Part shown: piece after piece, positions 13,420 to 27,154 of the stretch
How the letters are laid out: every line of letters begins with the position of its first letter
How positions within the stretch are numbered: the stretch's first letter is position 1
NCBI GenBank assembly: GCA_965203295.1
Contig: CBDBCZ010000016.1
Coordinates: 1,376,001 to 1,440,000 of the forward strand
Origin: Nitrospirales bacterium
GTDB taxonomy: Bacteria > Nitrospirota > Nitrospiria > Nitrospirales > UBA8639
Direction: 5' to 3'
DNA: 64,000 bases
Program-made: the position numbers and the translations under genes
Notes under the pieces: generated by a model
What the model saw: only the letters and a program-made list of their open reading frames with translations
Databases searched by the model: none
Told to the model about the DNA's origin: nothing

Positions 13420-13509
13420 CTCTTTGATGACTTGCCGCTGCAGCAAGGTGCGGGGCAAGTCCTCCCTCGACTCTGAAGGAACTACGCCAGGCAGGAGAAG
13501 GTTTGCCAT
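13420..13509 (-). pseudogene. Duplicated relic of ankyrin-gene exon 1 (further relics at ~20153-20276 and ~24497-24619)
   Basis: MANLLLPGVVPSESREDLPRTLLQRQ matches 6270-6392 with an internal deletion; no downstream ankyrin exons follow. Confidence 0.8.
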
Positions 13510-13529
13510 GATGACGCCAGCGTAAATGA

Positions 13530-13775
13530 AAAGCGTATCGGTTAATTGGTGCAGCCTTAGGGGGCGTGGCTGACTCCGTTTCACGTGTCATACATGCACT
13601 TAGGGGGCGTGGCTGACTCCGTTCACGTGTCATACATGCGTGTATGACACGTGAAACGGAGTCAGCAAGTCCTCCCTGACAGCTGACTCCGTTCACGTAT
13701 CATACATGCGTGTATGACACGTGAAACGGAGTCAGCAACGCCCCCTAAGGCCGCATCAATTGACCGATACTCTTT
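13530..13775. repeat. ~245 bp nested palindrome upstream of aminotransferase copy 2
   Basis: Outer arms GTATCGGTTAATTGGTGCAGCCTTAGGGGGCGTGGCTGACTCCGTTTCACGTGTCATAC / GTATGACACGTGAAACGGAGTCAGCAACGCCCCCTAAGGCCGCATCAATTGACCGATAC, with internal repeats of the same module. Confidence 0.9.
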
Positions 13776-13838
13776 AGTAGTAATTTTGGGGACGTCGTTC
13801 ATTTTATCTGACATCCAATAGTCAAAAGCTGCAGGAAG

Positions 13839-16800
13839 ATGTCTGCAGCAGCCCGCAATAACTGTGCCACCCAATTCGACGGCGTTTCTCCGGGCGTGAC
13901 CAACTTCAAGATGGGCGCCCCGGGGGTCGAAACCCTTTCAAAGTGCACGGAGATCCTGAAAAAGGCCACCATACATAGAATGGTAAATCAGCATGACATC
14001 ATCTGTATTCCATGGTGCATTGATTTGTACATATCCCGTACTTAAATTCGAACATAGCAGGATAAATGGATTAGTAGGATCCAGCAGTTGTTGAAGGTGC
14101 TCCTGACCGCTTTGAGCAATCAGTCCTTGCACCTCCTCCCCTAGTCTTGTTCCCAGACCTTCTTCAAATGCACCGTAGGAAAATTTAGCTCATACGAGAG
14201 GATGGACTGGTGACTTCACTGAGATCCTTGGAATTGGTCTTGCAAGCCAGCCCACGTTTACTAACAAAAATGGGAAACGGCGTGGTAAACGCACCGTACA
14301 GCTTCTGCAATACAGGAACGTTATCAGTTACGTAGTTTTAATTAGTGTTAAGGCATATTTAGCTGCACTACCGATAGCTCATTTATTGCTGCTGCACTCC
14401 ACTTGATCATTTCTTGCATCATATATTCAGGACTGCAGTCTTGAACTACCTATACACAGTGACTTATCTCTGCAATAATTATGCGGTAGTCGATCATGTG
14501 ACAAAGATCTGCAAGCTGATTGGAGCACAACTAGTGGAATGTTGTGTGGACTTGGGGCTGGATTGTGAAACTACCTATTTGTATCTAACGTATACCTTCC
14601 ATCAAGAAAGTTTCGCCACCACACGGGCACTTGTTTATGAGCAAGCATAGTAAAACTGTACCTCATTATACGGTAGCTAGTGTGCCTGCATAGATCAATG
14701 TGAACCCAACTCAAAATTTCAACGGGGTGCACAGGAGGGTCCAGGAGCGTGACTGTGATCTTGAATGACCAGCACATTAGTACCTCTTCTCTATAATGGA
14801 TTCGCGAAACTGATTAACGACCATTTAGACTCTAAATTAGATAACCACACCCCCTCCTATTTACAATAATATGGCATAGGTAATGATAAATGAATCGCTT
14901 GAGGTCACCGAACTATGTTTTGGCTATCTGATTCGTAGCCTACACCTTTAGTAGCCTCGTACCCAGGTAGCCGGTACAAGGCTACACCTTCATATGCAAG
15001 GAGAGATCCTGGTCTCCTAGTCCACTTGAACACTTGAGACAATTTTTTTATTGCGAGAATAATTTCCTCCTCCCCCCATTGCAATTTTCAATTCCTGTTT
15101 TTCCTCTCCAGGATGAGCCCAATGCTCACCAGCTGTTCCAGTACGGGCCTGAGTCGGGGGACCGACAGTTTTTGGAGACACTGGCCTCCTTTCTCACTGA
15201 GGAGTACCAGTCTCCTGTGCAGGCGTATGTAAGAGTCAGCTGTAAATCCCAGCACAGTCAATTTCTCATGATTCATATACATCAGAATACTGATACTTTT
15301 GCTCATTTGCAATTGCTATATTTATACCAATACCCTTCCTTCCATCCTGTTCATTCCCTCCCCTCCCCTCCCCTCCCCTCCCCTCCCCTCCCCTCCCCTC
15401 CCCTCCCCTCCCCTCCCCTCCCCTCCCCTCCCCTCCCTTCCTCCAGCGATGACATGATTGTCACAGCAGGTGCAACCCATGCTTTGAATGTGTTGACACA
15501 CTTGCTGTTCTCAAGTGGCGACTTCGTTTTCATGGAAGATCCCACCTACTTTCTTAGTGTCAAAATGCTAGAGAGTGAACACGGGATGAAGTTTGCGTCA
15601 GGTACATGTATATACATAAATTTTTAAACACACTGATCTGTAGTGTGACCTCACTCTCAGGTCTGCACCGTTGTGGTTTCACTGAAATCGTTTGTGTAAC
15701 TGAAAATGGCCCCAAGCCTGGGAATGAGGCTATCGGTAGTCGTCTTTAATCCAGAAAAGCTTCATGACTATGAGACTTACATGTAATGTAAGTGTTGGTT
15801 TGACATCATTACACCTAAGCTCAGCTAAAAGATACATGTAAATGCATTAAACATTTATGCAGAGTCTGTTATAGTAGAGAGCTGTCTTGATTGCACAATA
15901 ATTTGCTCATGTTATAAAGCAGACACAGTGGAACCTGTCTAATGCAGACACCATGACCGAAATGTAAAGGTGTCCCGATTTCAGGGGCTTCTAGTGAGGC
16001 TACTGGTAGGAGTGGCAACACACATTCGAGCTTTTCAGCACCACATGGCCATGTTCTGGAGCTCTGGCTCAGCTGTGTGTCAGTGAGGAGGGTTCTAAAG
16101 TCTTGCTAGTGGCTATCAAAACTAGCAATATGAATCTAGTAGTGGTGAAAGCCTGCATTGTCAAGTGAAGTTGATACAATCTATGTCGCTATTGTTGGGA
16201 CTGAAAAACCTGTCTGCTCTATAGAATGCTCTATAGAATAGTGGGTTACATGTCCACATTTCAGAGGTCCAGATTAGCAAAGTTGCCTGTTATCATCTTA
16301 CAAGCATCCTCTTGCAGTCCCTGTGGATGACGAGGGCATTGTTCCATCCGAACTGGAGAAGGTCCTGCAGGCCCACCAGGACTACCGCCCCCGGGAGCTG
16401 ACAGAGAGGAAGCCGTTCTGGGCCATGCTCTACCTCATCCCCGTCTACCACAACCCGACTGGAGTCTGCCTCTCGCCAGGTGTCCTGCGTGTGTTGTGAG
16501 AAGAGTTTACAATGCATGGAGAGTCATACTGAACTAGAGTGATAATAGTCTGTGTGTATGAAGAGTCTTGTCTGAGTGAGTTGCATGTAATGTAAGGTGT
16601 GTACATGCAAGTGTGTGTTTTTAGCTGTAGTTACAACTGAGGGCAATTAATAGGGCCTACACAAAGGGCTTAGCTAGTATATATGGAGGCTGCTTTTGAA
16701 AAGTCGGCTACAGCTTCATTAAGACTTAACTATAATATAGTACTGAGTATGGTAGGAGATCAGATGGGGTGTGTTCTTCTGTTTACTGCTGTTCTGCAAG

Positions 16801-19800
16801 CTCTAGTTCAGGCGTTTTGTATATGAGGATTTCTGCAGCACTTTCTAAATTACAGTAGCCTTGCAACTATTACTACCATCAATTTTTTGATGACTACAGT
16901 AGTTGTAGGTAACTGACAACTGTAGCCACTACAGTGATTTATGAACATCCTGGTACTGTTTTCTTGTCTTTCAGTATACAACAACTAGGCCTTGCATCAA
17001 TGCTAGTCAGTGAAAATGATAATATACTTATGTTGCTGTCGTAGCACTTACGCCATTGACCACGCACCCACATACGCAGGCGAAGATAAACAGTAAATGT
17101 ATACTTTAAATATGATAATATTTTCTCTGTGATCTGACAACCTGGCTACAGACCGTTGCAGGGAGGTGATTAAACTGGCTCGGAAGTATAACCTACTGGT
17201 ACTGTGTGACGATGTCTACAACCTGCTCCACTTTCCGGATAAGACTGCCCCCCAAAGGCTCTTTACCTATGATGACAAGTATGTCATCTGTAATTTTTTT
17301 CTCTATCCTACTGCGCCTGTTGCTACCGTAGGGTGGGGGGTTTAATTGCATTGTAAAGGCATTGCATTTGTAGGTTTGAAAAGTAAATTGCCTACTTGCT
17401 AATTACATTATAGCATACACATTTTCTCTATGCATATTGCATAATACATGCATTTGCATTCAAGCTATCAAACTTACAGTTCGCAATTATCCAATCAAAC
17501 CCGGCCTACTTCTCCCACATACCTTAACAATTTTCTCCAAAACATAAGAGTAACCTGTTTACCTACTGTGTACCATAAAAGTAAATCAATGCTCCTTTAT
17601 ATTAATTTGCATTCTGGTATATATACATTGCTTGGTCCTTCATACAGGAGTGATCCTGAGTACCAGGGAAATGTCGTCTCCAACGGAACCTTCTCCAAGA
17701 TATTCGGTCCAGGGATGCGACTGGGGTGGATGGAACTGCCAGATAGGGTGAAAGACATCATCATCACCAGGTACAGAAGAACATTGCTATCAGCCTATTT
17801 CCTGACTCCAAGTGATGTAAGTAGATATGATGAGAACAATTCTTAAGTTCTGTATGCAATTGACTCAGTTGTCAGTTTCTTACTATTGTTATGATCTTAT
17901 TGGCAAGCTAACAGTGAAATATTGCCATTACATATACATGTACCTCAAATTCTCTTCCGTGCAGTGGAATGTCACGAAGTGGAGGTGGCTTTAATCATAC
18001 AATATCAGGTGTCATGACTAGTGTCATATCTCTGGGACTGCTGACCAATCTGCTGAAGGAATCCCGGAAAGACTACCAGGTGAGCTGAGAGCAAAATGCA
18101 AGTGGATTAGCCTTATTGCAACTGCATAGCATTAATATACTACCTGGAAGTACAAATAGAGGTGTATCTCAGTAATATTTATGCAGCTGGCTTCTGTAAA
18201 AATGACTCGGACCCCCTTCTGCATGTATAGCCTACCGTATAGCCGTAAAATTTGGCAAGAATTAAATTTGGCAAAATCGCCAAAACTGGCTAAAATTAAA
18301 TATTGACGATATTTAAATTGGTGATTGCCTACAGCGAAGGCTACGATGTAATCTTCAATTAATTTTGGCAATTTAAATGGACGTATTACGTAATCCTAGG
18401 CGCACAACATGCGACGCTGCTGAACATGTAAAGTTTTTTGTCACTGAGCTCGACAATGGAGACGTTGGATTCGCCGATCTTACTATACAGAAGCTTCGAG
18501 AGTGTGTAGCGGCCTTTGTCGCTCCGTTGTCAGCGGCATACTTTCCAATTTGTGCCCTTTCTTGAGTGTAAGTGTTATACTTGCCTCGAGGTGACTGTGT
18601 GACAGGCTTCAAGTCTCCAGCTTTACAGCTTTGTTCGTGAGCTCGATATCCTTCCCGGACAGAGAGGAAACATGTACGTGGAGTAGGAACAACTTCTTTC
18701 TTGTAGCTGAAAGCGCACGTGGGTGTCATGTATTACGTAATGCGTGAGAATTTAATTTGGCGATTTTTTAGGATTCACTAAACTGCCAAATTGAAGTCCT
18801 CGCCAAATTTTCCGGCTATACAGTATGTCTGCATTTGTCACTGTAGGCTCAATGTGAGGCTCTCTGTGGAGTACTAAAGAAGAAATTGCCCACAGCATCC
18901 TTCAAAGAACCATCGGTAAGCTCACCTGACATGGCCGTGCAGCCTATGCCAGCAAGGCTTGAGGATTTGAGCTTGTATCATCATTTATTGCGCAGGGAGG
19001 ATACTTTCTGTGGGTAAAACTGCCTGATGGTATTCGAGCACCAGGTAAGCCATAGTTTGGTGACCCGATTTCATAGCTAGTGCAAGTACATCGATAAGAA
19101 GGAGAGAACATAATATTATATACATAAATGAGAGCAAAACATGAAGGGCATATTATTGGGCCCCCAAGGGAGCCCAGTGATTCCTAAAATGACTTGTATC
19201 CTAGCTAAGCAAGAGATATATGGGTCTTAGTTTCTTCTTCGAGGTTTACTTTTTTTCTGCTGTATTTCCTAAGCCACCAAAATGTTGCCTGTTTAAATTT
19301 AAGGGGATGGGGATATTATTTAAAATCTGAGCTACTGCTGCACTGGCATGCAAGTATTCAATTCAAAGCTGGTTAATTATTCAACTCTATACCACCGTAT
19401 GTGAAGAGCTGCTGAAGCGCTGTGAGGCTGATGCCCAGCTCACTTTCGTCACTGGACATGTGTAAGTATGTGTTCATTTAATATAACATGACATTGGTGT
19501 CAATGTAGGCAAATGCTACAAAGATAAATGCTAGTACCTTCAGCATAGTGATCTGTGATCATAGAGAGTCATCACTCTGCGTGCACTCCATCTCTTGGTA
19601 GATTATATGGCTAGTCAAAGTACTCCAAATAACGCCGTGTTTTCAATCCCGGGTGGGTCGCATTGTCTATGATATTCCCAGCCCTTATGGGCTTTAGCTC
19701 TATAACTCCAGCTTACAAAATTTTTGGCCGCTCAATGCTTAATGAAATGACAAGCCATTAGCCATAATTATTACATGTACTGTTTATCTTTCTTTTGCAG

Positions 19801-19927
19801 AACTTCCCCAACGGGAAAGTTTATTGACCATGTTCGACTCAGTTTCTCCTACTATGATAAGGATGTGCTTGCAGCAGGAGCTGAAAGGCTGATGGGAGTC
19901 CTCGAAAAGATCCGGGCAGGGCAGTGA
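13839..19927 (+). CDS. Class I PLP-dependent aminotransferase, copy 2, 11 exons
   Basis: Exons 13839-13982, 15112-15224, 15447-15601, 16318-16479, 17152-17278, 17648-17770, 17965-18079, 18847-18915, 18996-19044, 19407-19461, 19801-19927. Nearly identical to copy 1, with reading frame and splice sites intact. Confidence 0.88.
18235..18823 (-). mobile_element. Tc1/pogo-type non-autonomous DNA transposon with TA target duplication
   Basis: TIRs CCGTATAGCCGTAAAATTTGGC / GCCAAATTTTCCGGCTATACAG with TA on both sides. The empty site GTATAGCC-TA-TGTCTGC is present in copy 1 (~12231-12246). Remnant RGKYNTYTQERAQIGKYAADNG resembles a transposase N-terminal HTH. Confidence 0.85.
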
Positions 19928-21051
19928 ACTGTTAGGATGCTTATCTTATCTGTGGGAATCTTACTTTGAACGATGATTCTTTAAATTTGAATCAGTAGAG
20001 AGTAAAATCCGATTCTGTTTGTTTTGTCGGAGTTATATTGGATTGGGCCCTACAGTATATCGGTACTGCAGTTGCTAGACTGACTGTGGTATTGCTAATA
20101 CATGACCCACTACAATGGACATCCACAGTATGTCTGAACTTCAGGAGGGTGCCTCTTTGATGACATTCTTGAGCTTATCGATATCTGGAGTTCCTTCTTG
20201 CTGCTGCAGCAAGGTGCGGGGGCTAGGCCTCCTCGACTCTGAAGGAACTACGCCAGGCAGGAGAGGGTTTGTCGTGATGGCACCAAGGTAATGGTGTGTG
20301 GTTTAAAACTTTGTGTGCAACCTTTGGGGGCGTGGCTAACTCTGTCCCATTTCGATGCGGACTCTTCCTACAGCTCAGATCACACTCTATACTAGACGGG
20401 AAGGAATGTAGGCTTTTCCACATTATGCTAGTATAATTTTGGTCATAATAGGTGTGGCCTGGCATAGGGGAATTATGCCAGCATAATGGGTAAAATTGTT
20501 AGAATAACTTCCTGTGAAGGCCAGCTACACGCTTTGGTAGTGCATGTAGAACTGCACTTCTTGTACAGCTGAATTAAGCCATCGCTGTGTGTGATACTTC
20601 GACCTATTGCAGTGATACTACAGTGATGCTCTCTGGCCATGGCAGCACTATATAGGATTGCTGTATTGACTAGAGGATTGTTGTTTGAGCATGAACACAG
20701 CAAAGGTAGAGCCGAATTGGTGCAAATTAGGAATTTTCAAGAATGAGAAAACCACATTATCGACAAGCAAGTTGATGCATGCATCGCTTATTGCGTTTTC
20801 ACACTCTTGGTCAGCAGTGCAGATAATTTACTAATGTGCTTTCCGCATTCCTGAAGCATCCCTCTGTAACTGAATCAACAAACCATCTGCTGTGGTTCGC
20901 AGAATCGCATTCTTGACCAAAAAGTGATGCATGAATTTGCTCATCGATAATGTGTTTTCCATATTCTTGATGAACTCCCTCCAGACACACACACACACCA
21001 ACTTGGCACTTGGCTGTGTTCACTCAATTAACAAAAAAAAACAAAAAACAG

Positions 21052-21940
21052 CAATTCTATCCGCAGGGATAAGGTGCTGGATGCTGTCCGGGAGCATGTC
21101 CCTGAGCTCCACCCCTTTGTCTACTCAGCATACTCCTCACCATCATCTCTCTTCTGGGGCGTTAAAGTCATCCAGTCGGCAGAAGGGGTACAGCAGGGTG
21201 ATCCTCTGGGGCCACTGCTTTTCTGTCTTGGAATCCACCACATGTGTACACAGCTAGAGTCAGAGATCTCCTTGTTCTACCTGGATGATGGCACTCTGGG
21301 GGGAACTGTGGATGACCTCAAGCATGACCTGGACCTAGTGGACCGGGAGGGAGCAGAGATTGGGCTATGGTTGAACAGAGAGAAATCAGAGATCGTTTGT
21401 GCCGATTGTGACACTTCAAACGCCATCCTGCCTTCACTCCAGGGGGCACAGGTGGTGTACCCTGCAAAGGCCACATTGTTGGGGTCATCAATCGGAGACC
21501 TGTCCTCCGTGTCGGATGTTCTCAGAACCAAGGCTGACATGCTGAGGAAGATGGGTGACAGGTTTCAACATCTATCTGCCCATGATGCTATTCTCCTCCT
21601 GAAACACTCATTTGCCCTCCCAAAGCTTCTATACAACCTCAGGACCTCACCATGCTTCCTCTCTCCAGTGCTGCAGGAATACGACGAGCTTCTAAAGTCG
21701 ATTGTGGGTCACATAACGAACATACACTTCGACAAGAATGATCCGGCATGGACGCAAGCTACCCTTCCTGTGAAAATGGGGGGGTTGGGCATCCGGAGTG
21801 CAGTGCAGCTTGCACCTTCTGCCTTTCTGGCCTCGGCTGCTGCCTCCTCCGATCTTGTCCACCACATTATCCCTCGCCACTTCCAGGGCTCCCCAATACC
21901 CAACGTGGAGGATGTCAAGCTCCTGTGGGCAGCAGGTCAT
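21052..21940 (+). mobile_element. Internal fragment of a non-LTR retrotransposon reverse transcriptase (CRE/R2-like group)
   Basis: ORF 21074-21946 with GVQQGDPLGPLLF, FYLDDG and LPVKMGGLGIRS; truncated at both ends. Confidence 0.9.
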
Positions 21941-23111
21941 GAGTGAACACAGCGAAGCTAGAGCCAAGTTGGTGTGTGTGTGTCTCGAGGAAGTTAATCA
22001 AGAATGGGAAAAAAAGGATGTCACTATATTGTGTTTCCATATAAAATGTGGACCAATTAATGCAGAGGGAGCTAGTGCTTCAAGAATGCGGAAAGTGTAA
22101 TAGTGAATCATTTGCATTTGTTCGCATTGTTAACCAAGAATGTAAAAACACATAGTGATGCATTAATTTGCTCATAGCTAAGACGCACACACACACACCA
22201 ACTTAGCTCTGGCTTTGCTGTGTTCACTCATTTGAAACTCCGAACAACACCCCACAGCAGACAATTTAACCTATTATTCAAAAAGCAATGACCATTATTC
22301 TCACATTATTCTCAACAAAATTGTGGTGCCTATTTTTCTCATAGGATTCTGGGAATATTTTGCCAAAGGCCTATCGCTGTATGTGATACTTCGACCTGCC
22401 ACAGTGATAGATACTACAGTGATGCTCTCTGGCAGCACTATATTATAGGATTGCTGTATTGACTAGAGGGTTGTTGTTTGAGCATGAACACAGCAAAGGT
22501 AGAGCCGAATTGGTGCAAAGGAATTTTCAAGAATGCGAAAAACCACATTATCAACAAGCAAGTTGATGCATCACTTATTGTGTTTTCACACTCTTGGTCA
22601 GCAGTGTAAACCAATGCAGACAATTCACTAATGTGCTTTCCGCATTCCTGAAGCATCCCTCTGTAACTGAATCAACAAACCATCTGCAGAATCCCATTCT
22701 TGACCAAAAAGTGATGCATGAATTTGCTCATCGATAATGTGTTTTCCGTATTCTTGATGAACTTTCTCCAGACACACACGCACACCAACTTGGCACTTGG
22801 CAAAAAAACAGTCCACTGGTGAAATACAACAATAATTATACTGTGGTAACAGTCTTGTGACGTGGCTACTGTACTCCATGATGGGGAGAATTTAGCAAGA
22901 AATGTAATTGTCGTATTGACCAGTGGGTTATTACTTGAGCTCCAAATGAGTGATTACAGCGAAGCTAGAGCCAAGTTGGTGTGTACGTCTCGAGAGAGTT
23001 TATCGAGAAAGTGCGTCACTAGCTATTGTGTTCGCATTGTTAACCAAGAATGTGAAAACACATAGTGATGCATTAATTTGCTCATAGCTAATGGTTTCCT
23101 CAGATAACAAT

Positions 23112-23182
<71 letters not shown>

Positions 23183-23739
23183 AACTTAGCTCTGGCTTTG
23201 CTGTGTTCACTCATTTGAAAATCAAAACAACACCCCACTGGTCACTATGGCAATACCTTTTGTACTGTACATGGGCCACACAAGCCACTGAATATCAAAT
23301 CTGTTCAAGTTGAGTATCTAGTGCCAAGAATATAATCAGTAAGGTTATCATACAAAATGTATTCACTTATTCAGAATAGTGCGTTCCACCACATGGGCCA
23401 CATAAGCCATTGCATGAATATCAAATCTGATTGAGTATCTAGAGCCAATAGTTTCATCAGTAAGGTTATCATTCAAAATGCATTTACTGAATAGGGTATT
23501 CCACTCCTCAGAGGTCTTGTGCATGTTTGCCTTGTATCATCCCTAAACTCTTGTTTCCTCGTGCACCCTATAGCGAACAGGATGGTTATGCAGGTATAGG
23601 ACACTATGATAGTGCTTGCATAGCCAACCAGTTCAGTGGTGGGGCAAAACAAACAGATATCAATCCAGAGCAGTGGAACAAGGCCCTCTGATAAGCTTGC
23701 TTGCTAGGATTCTCTGGGCTTCCCCCCCCCCCCCCCCCT

Positions 23740-24271
23740 GCTGCTGAAGCGCTGTGAGGCTGATGCCCAGCTCACTTTTGTCACTGGACATGTGTAAGTA
23801 TGTGTTCATTTAATATAACATGACATTGGTGTCAATGTAGGCAAATGCTACAAAGATAAATGCTAGTACCTTCAGCATAGTGATCTGTGATCATAGAGAG
23901 TCATCACTCTGCGTGCACTCCATCTCTTGGTAGATTATATGGCTAGTCAAAGTACTCCAAATAACGCCGTGTTTTCAATCCCGGGTGGGTCGCATTGTCT
24001 ATGATTTAGGTGCTTATATTCCCAGCCCTTATGGGCTTTAGCTCTATAACTCCAGCTTACAAAATGTTTGGCCGCTCAATGCTTAATGAAATGACAAGCC
24101 ATTAGCCATAAATATTACATGTACTGTTTATCTTTCTTTTGCAGAACTTCCCCAACGGGAAAGTTTATTGACCATGTTCGACTTAGTTTCTCCTACTATG
24201 ATAAGGATGTGCTTGCAGCAGGAGCTGAAAGGCTGATGGGAGTCCTCGAAAAGATCCGGGCAGGGCAGTGA
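23740..24271 (+). pseudogene. Aminotransferase relic containing exons 10-11 only
   Basis: Near-identical to 19408-19927; begins just after a C17 tract; exons 1-9 absent. Confidence 0.85.
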
Positions 24272-26410
24272 ACTTGTTAGGATGCTTATCTTATCTGTGG
24301 GAATCTTACTTTGAACGATGATTCTTTAAATTTGAATCAGTAGAGAGTAAATCCGATTCTGTTTGTTTTGTCGGAGTTATATTGGATTGGGCCCTACAGT
24401 ATATCGGTACTGCAGTTGCTAGACTGACTGTGGTATTGCTAATACATGACCCACTACAATGGACATCCACAGTATGTTTGAACTTCAGGAGGGTGCCTCT
24501 TTGATGACATTCTTGAGCTTATCGATATCCGGAGCTCCTTCTTGCCGCTGCAGCAAGGTGCTGGGCAAGTCCTCCTTCGACTCTGAAGGTACTACGCCAG
24601 GCAGGAGAGGGCTTGCCATGATGGTGCCAAGGTAACGGTGTGTGGATTGTGTGCAACCTTTGGGGGCGTGGCTAACTCTGTCCCATTTCGATGCGGACTC
24701 TTCCTACAGCTCAGATCATACTCTATACTAGACGGGAAGGAATGTAGGCTTTTCCACATTATGCTAGTATAATTTTGGTCATAATAGGTGTGGCCTGGCA
24801 TAGGGGAATTATACCAGCATAATGGGTAAAATTGTTAGAATAACTTCCTGTGAAGGCCAGCTACACACTTTGGTAGTGCATGTAAAACTGTACTTGTACA
24901 GCTGAGTTAAGCCATCGCTGCGTGTGATACTCCGACCTATTGCAGTGATACTACAGTGATGCTCTCTGGCAGCACTATATAGGATTGCTGTATTGACTAG
25001 AGGATTGTTGTTTGAGCATGAACACAGCAAAGGTAGAGCCGAATTGGTGCAAATTAGGAATTTTCAAGAATAAGAAAACCACATTATCGACAAGCAAGTT
25101 GATGCATGCATCGCTTATTGCGTTTTCACACTCTTGGTCAGCAGTGCAGATAATTCACTAATGTGCTTTCCGCATTCCTGAAGCATCCCTCTGTAACTGA
25201 ATCAACAAACCATCTGCTGTGGTTCGCAGAATCGCATTCTTGACCAAAAAGTGATGCATAAATTTGCTCATCGATAATGTGTTTTCCGTATTCTTGATGA
25301 ACTCCCTCCAGACACACACACACACCAACTTGGCGCTTGGCTGTGTTCACTCAATTAACAAAAAAAAAAAAAAAAGTCCACTGGTCAAATACAACAATAA
25401 TTATTTTCTTTTTACTATGGCAACAGTCTTGTGACGTGGCTACTGTAAATAGAATTGTCATATTGACCAGTGGGTTATTACTTGAGCGTCAAATAAGTGA
25501 GCACAGCGAAGCTAGAGCCAAGTTGGTGTGTGTGTGTCTTGAGGAAGTTAATCAAGAATGGGAAAAAAAGTATGTCACTATATTATGTTTCCACATAAAA
25601 TGTGGACCAATTAATGCAGAGGGAGCTAGTGCTTCAAGAATGCGGAAAGTGTAATAGTGAATCATTTGCATTTGTTCGCATTGTTAACCAAGAATGTAAA
25701 AACACATAGTGATGCATTAATTTGCTCATAGCTAATGTGTTTCCTCGTTCTTGATGAACTCCCTCGAGTCACACACACACACACACACACACCAACTTAG
25801 CTCTGGCTTTGCTGTGTTCACTCATTTGAAACTCCGAACAACACCCACAGCAGACAATTTAACCTATTATTCAAAAAGCAATGGCCATTATTCTCACATT
25901 ATTCTTAACAAAATTGTGGTGCCTATTTTTCTCATAGGATTCTGGGAATATTTTGCCAAAGGCCTATCGCTGTATGTGATACTTCGACCTGCCACAGTGA
26001 TACATACTACAGTGATGCTCTCTGGCAGCACTATATTATAGGAATGCTGTATTGATTAATGGGTTGTTGTTTGAGCATGAACACAGCAAAGGTAGAGCCG
26101 AATTGGCGCAAAGGAATTTTCAAGAATGAGAAAAACACATTATCAACAAGCAAGTTGATGCATATCACTTACTGTGTTTTCACACTCTTGGTCAGCAGTG
26201 CAGATAATTCACTAATGTGCTTTCCGCATTCCTGAAGCATCCCTCTGTAACTGAATCAACAAACCATCTGCTGTGGTTCACAGAATTGCATTCTTGACCA
26301 AAAAGTGATGCATGAATTTGCTCATCGATAATGTGTTTTCCGTATTCTTAATGAACTCCCTCCAGACACACACACACACCATCTTGGCGTTTGGCTGTGT
26401 TCACTCAATT

Positions 26411-27154
26411 GAAGGGCCAAGAACCAAAGTGGTCTAACCCCACATAGTTGACTTTACCTCTAAGCTCGCAAACTCGAAAATACTCTTAAAATGTGTGGCT
26501 ACTTATAGCTAAGTTTGAGAATTTACCATTTTTTGGTCTGCTCATAATGTATGATGTTGGTACGTAAAGCCTAAGTTTTGGTATTCAATTTATGATTTGC
26601 CAGACACGTATATACTTTGGCTCAAAATGTTTGTGCCCTGGCTCAAACTCTTGTGTACCAACAATTGTGTTGTAGAGGAATTTTATTACACACTTGGTGT
26701 GCATCTTAATTAGGCTTTCTGCATAGCTATAATTTCTTTAATACCTGGAATCTCCTCTGTATATAGACTGAATAAGGAAAGCCACACCAATGGTGTCATT
26801 CAGCAAGTTTCTTGCAATAAAGCTGATGTGAAGCCAAGGTATTTTCCATATTGCTGAGTGTACTTCAGAGAGTGGAGGCGTGCTCTTATTGGCTTGCAAT
26901 TGCACACCCAGAAGGCTTCAGCATGCATTGCGAAAACACATTTGGGGAAAGTGCAGCATTACTCAGCTAAATAATGGATAATATGAAGGGCCGAGAACCT
27001 CAGAGTGGGTCAACCCAACATTATACCTTCTGAGCACGACCAAAAATGGTAAAATCTGAAAATTTAGGTAGCCTCTGAAACACAAGAATGTTCTCAAGTT
27101 TGAGAAAGGGAAAATCAATTTTGTTGGTTAGACCACTCTGGTTCTTGGCCCTTC
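26411..27154. mobile_element. Non-autonomous DNA transposon with GAAGGG...CCCTTC ends and AATT TSD (Sola1-like)
   Basis: TIR GAAGGGCCAAGAACCA(A/G)AGTGGTCTAACC extends imperfectly for ~150 bp. AATT at 26407-26410 and 27155-27158. Empty site CACTC-AATT-AAC seen at ~21021 and ~25348. Confidence 0.85.
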
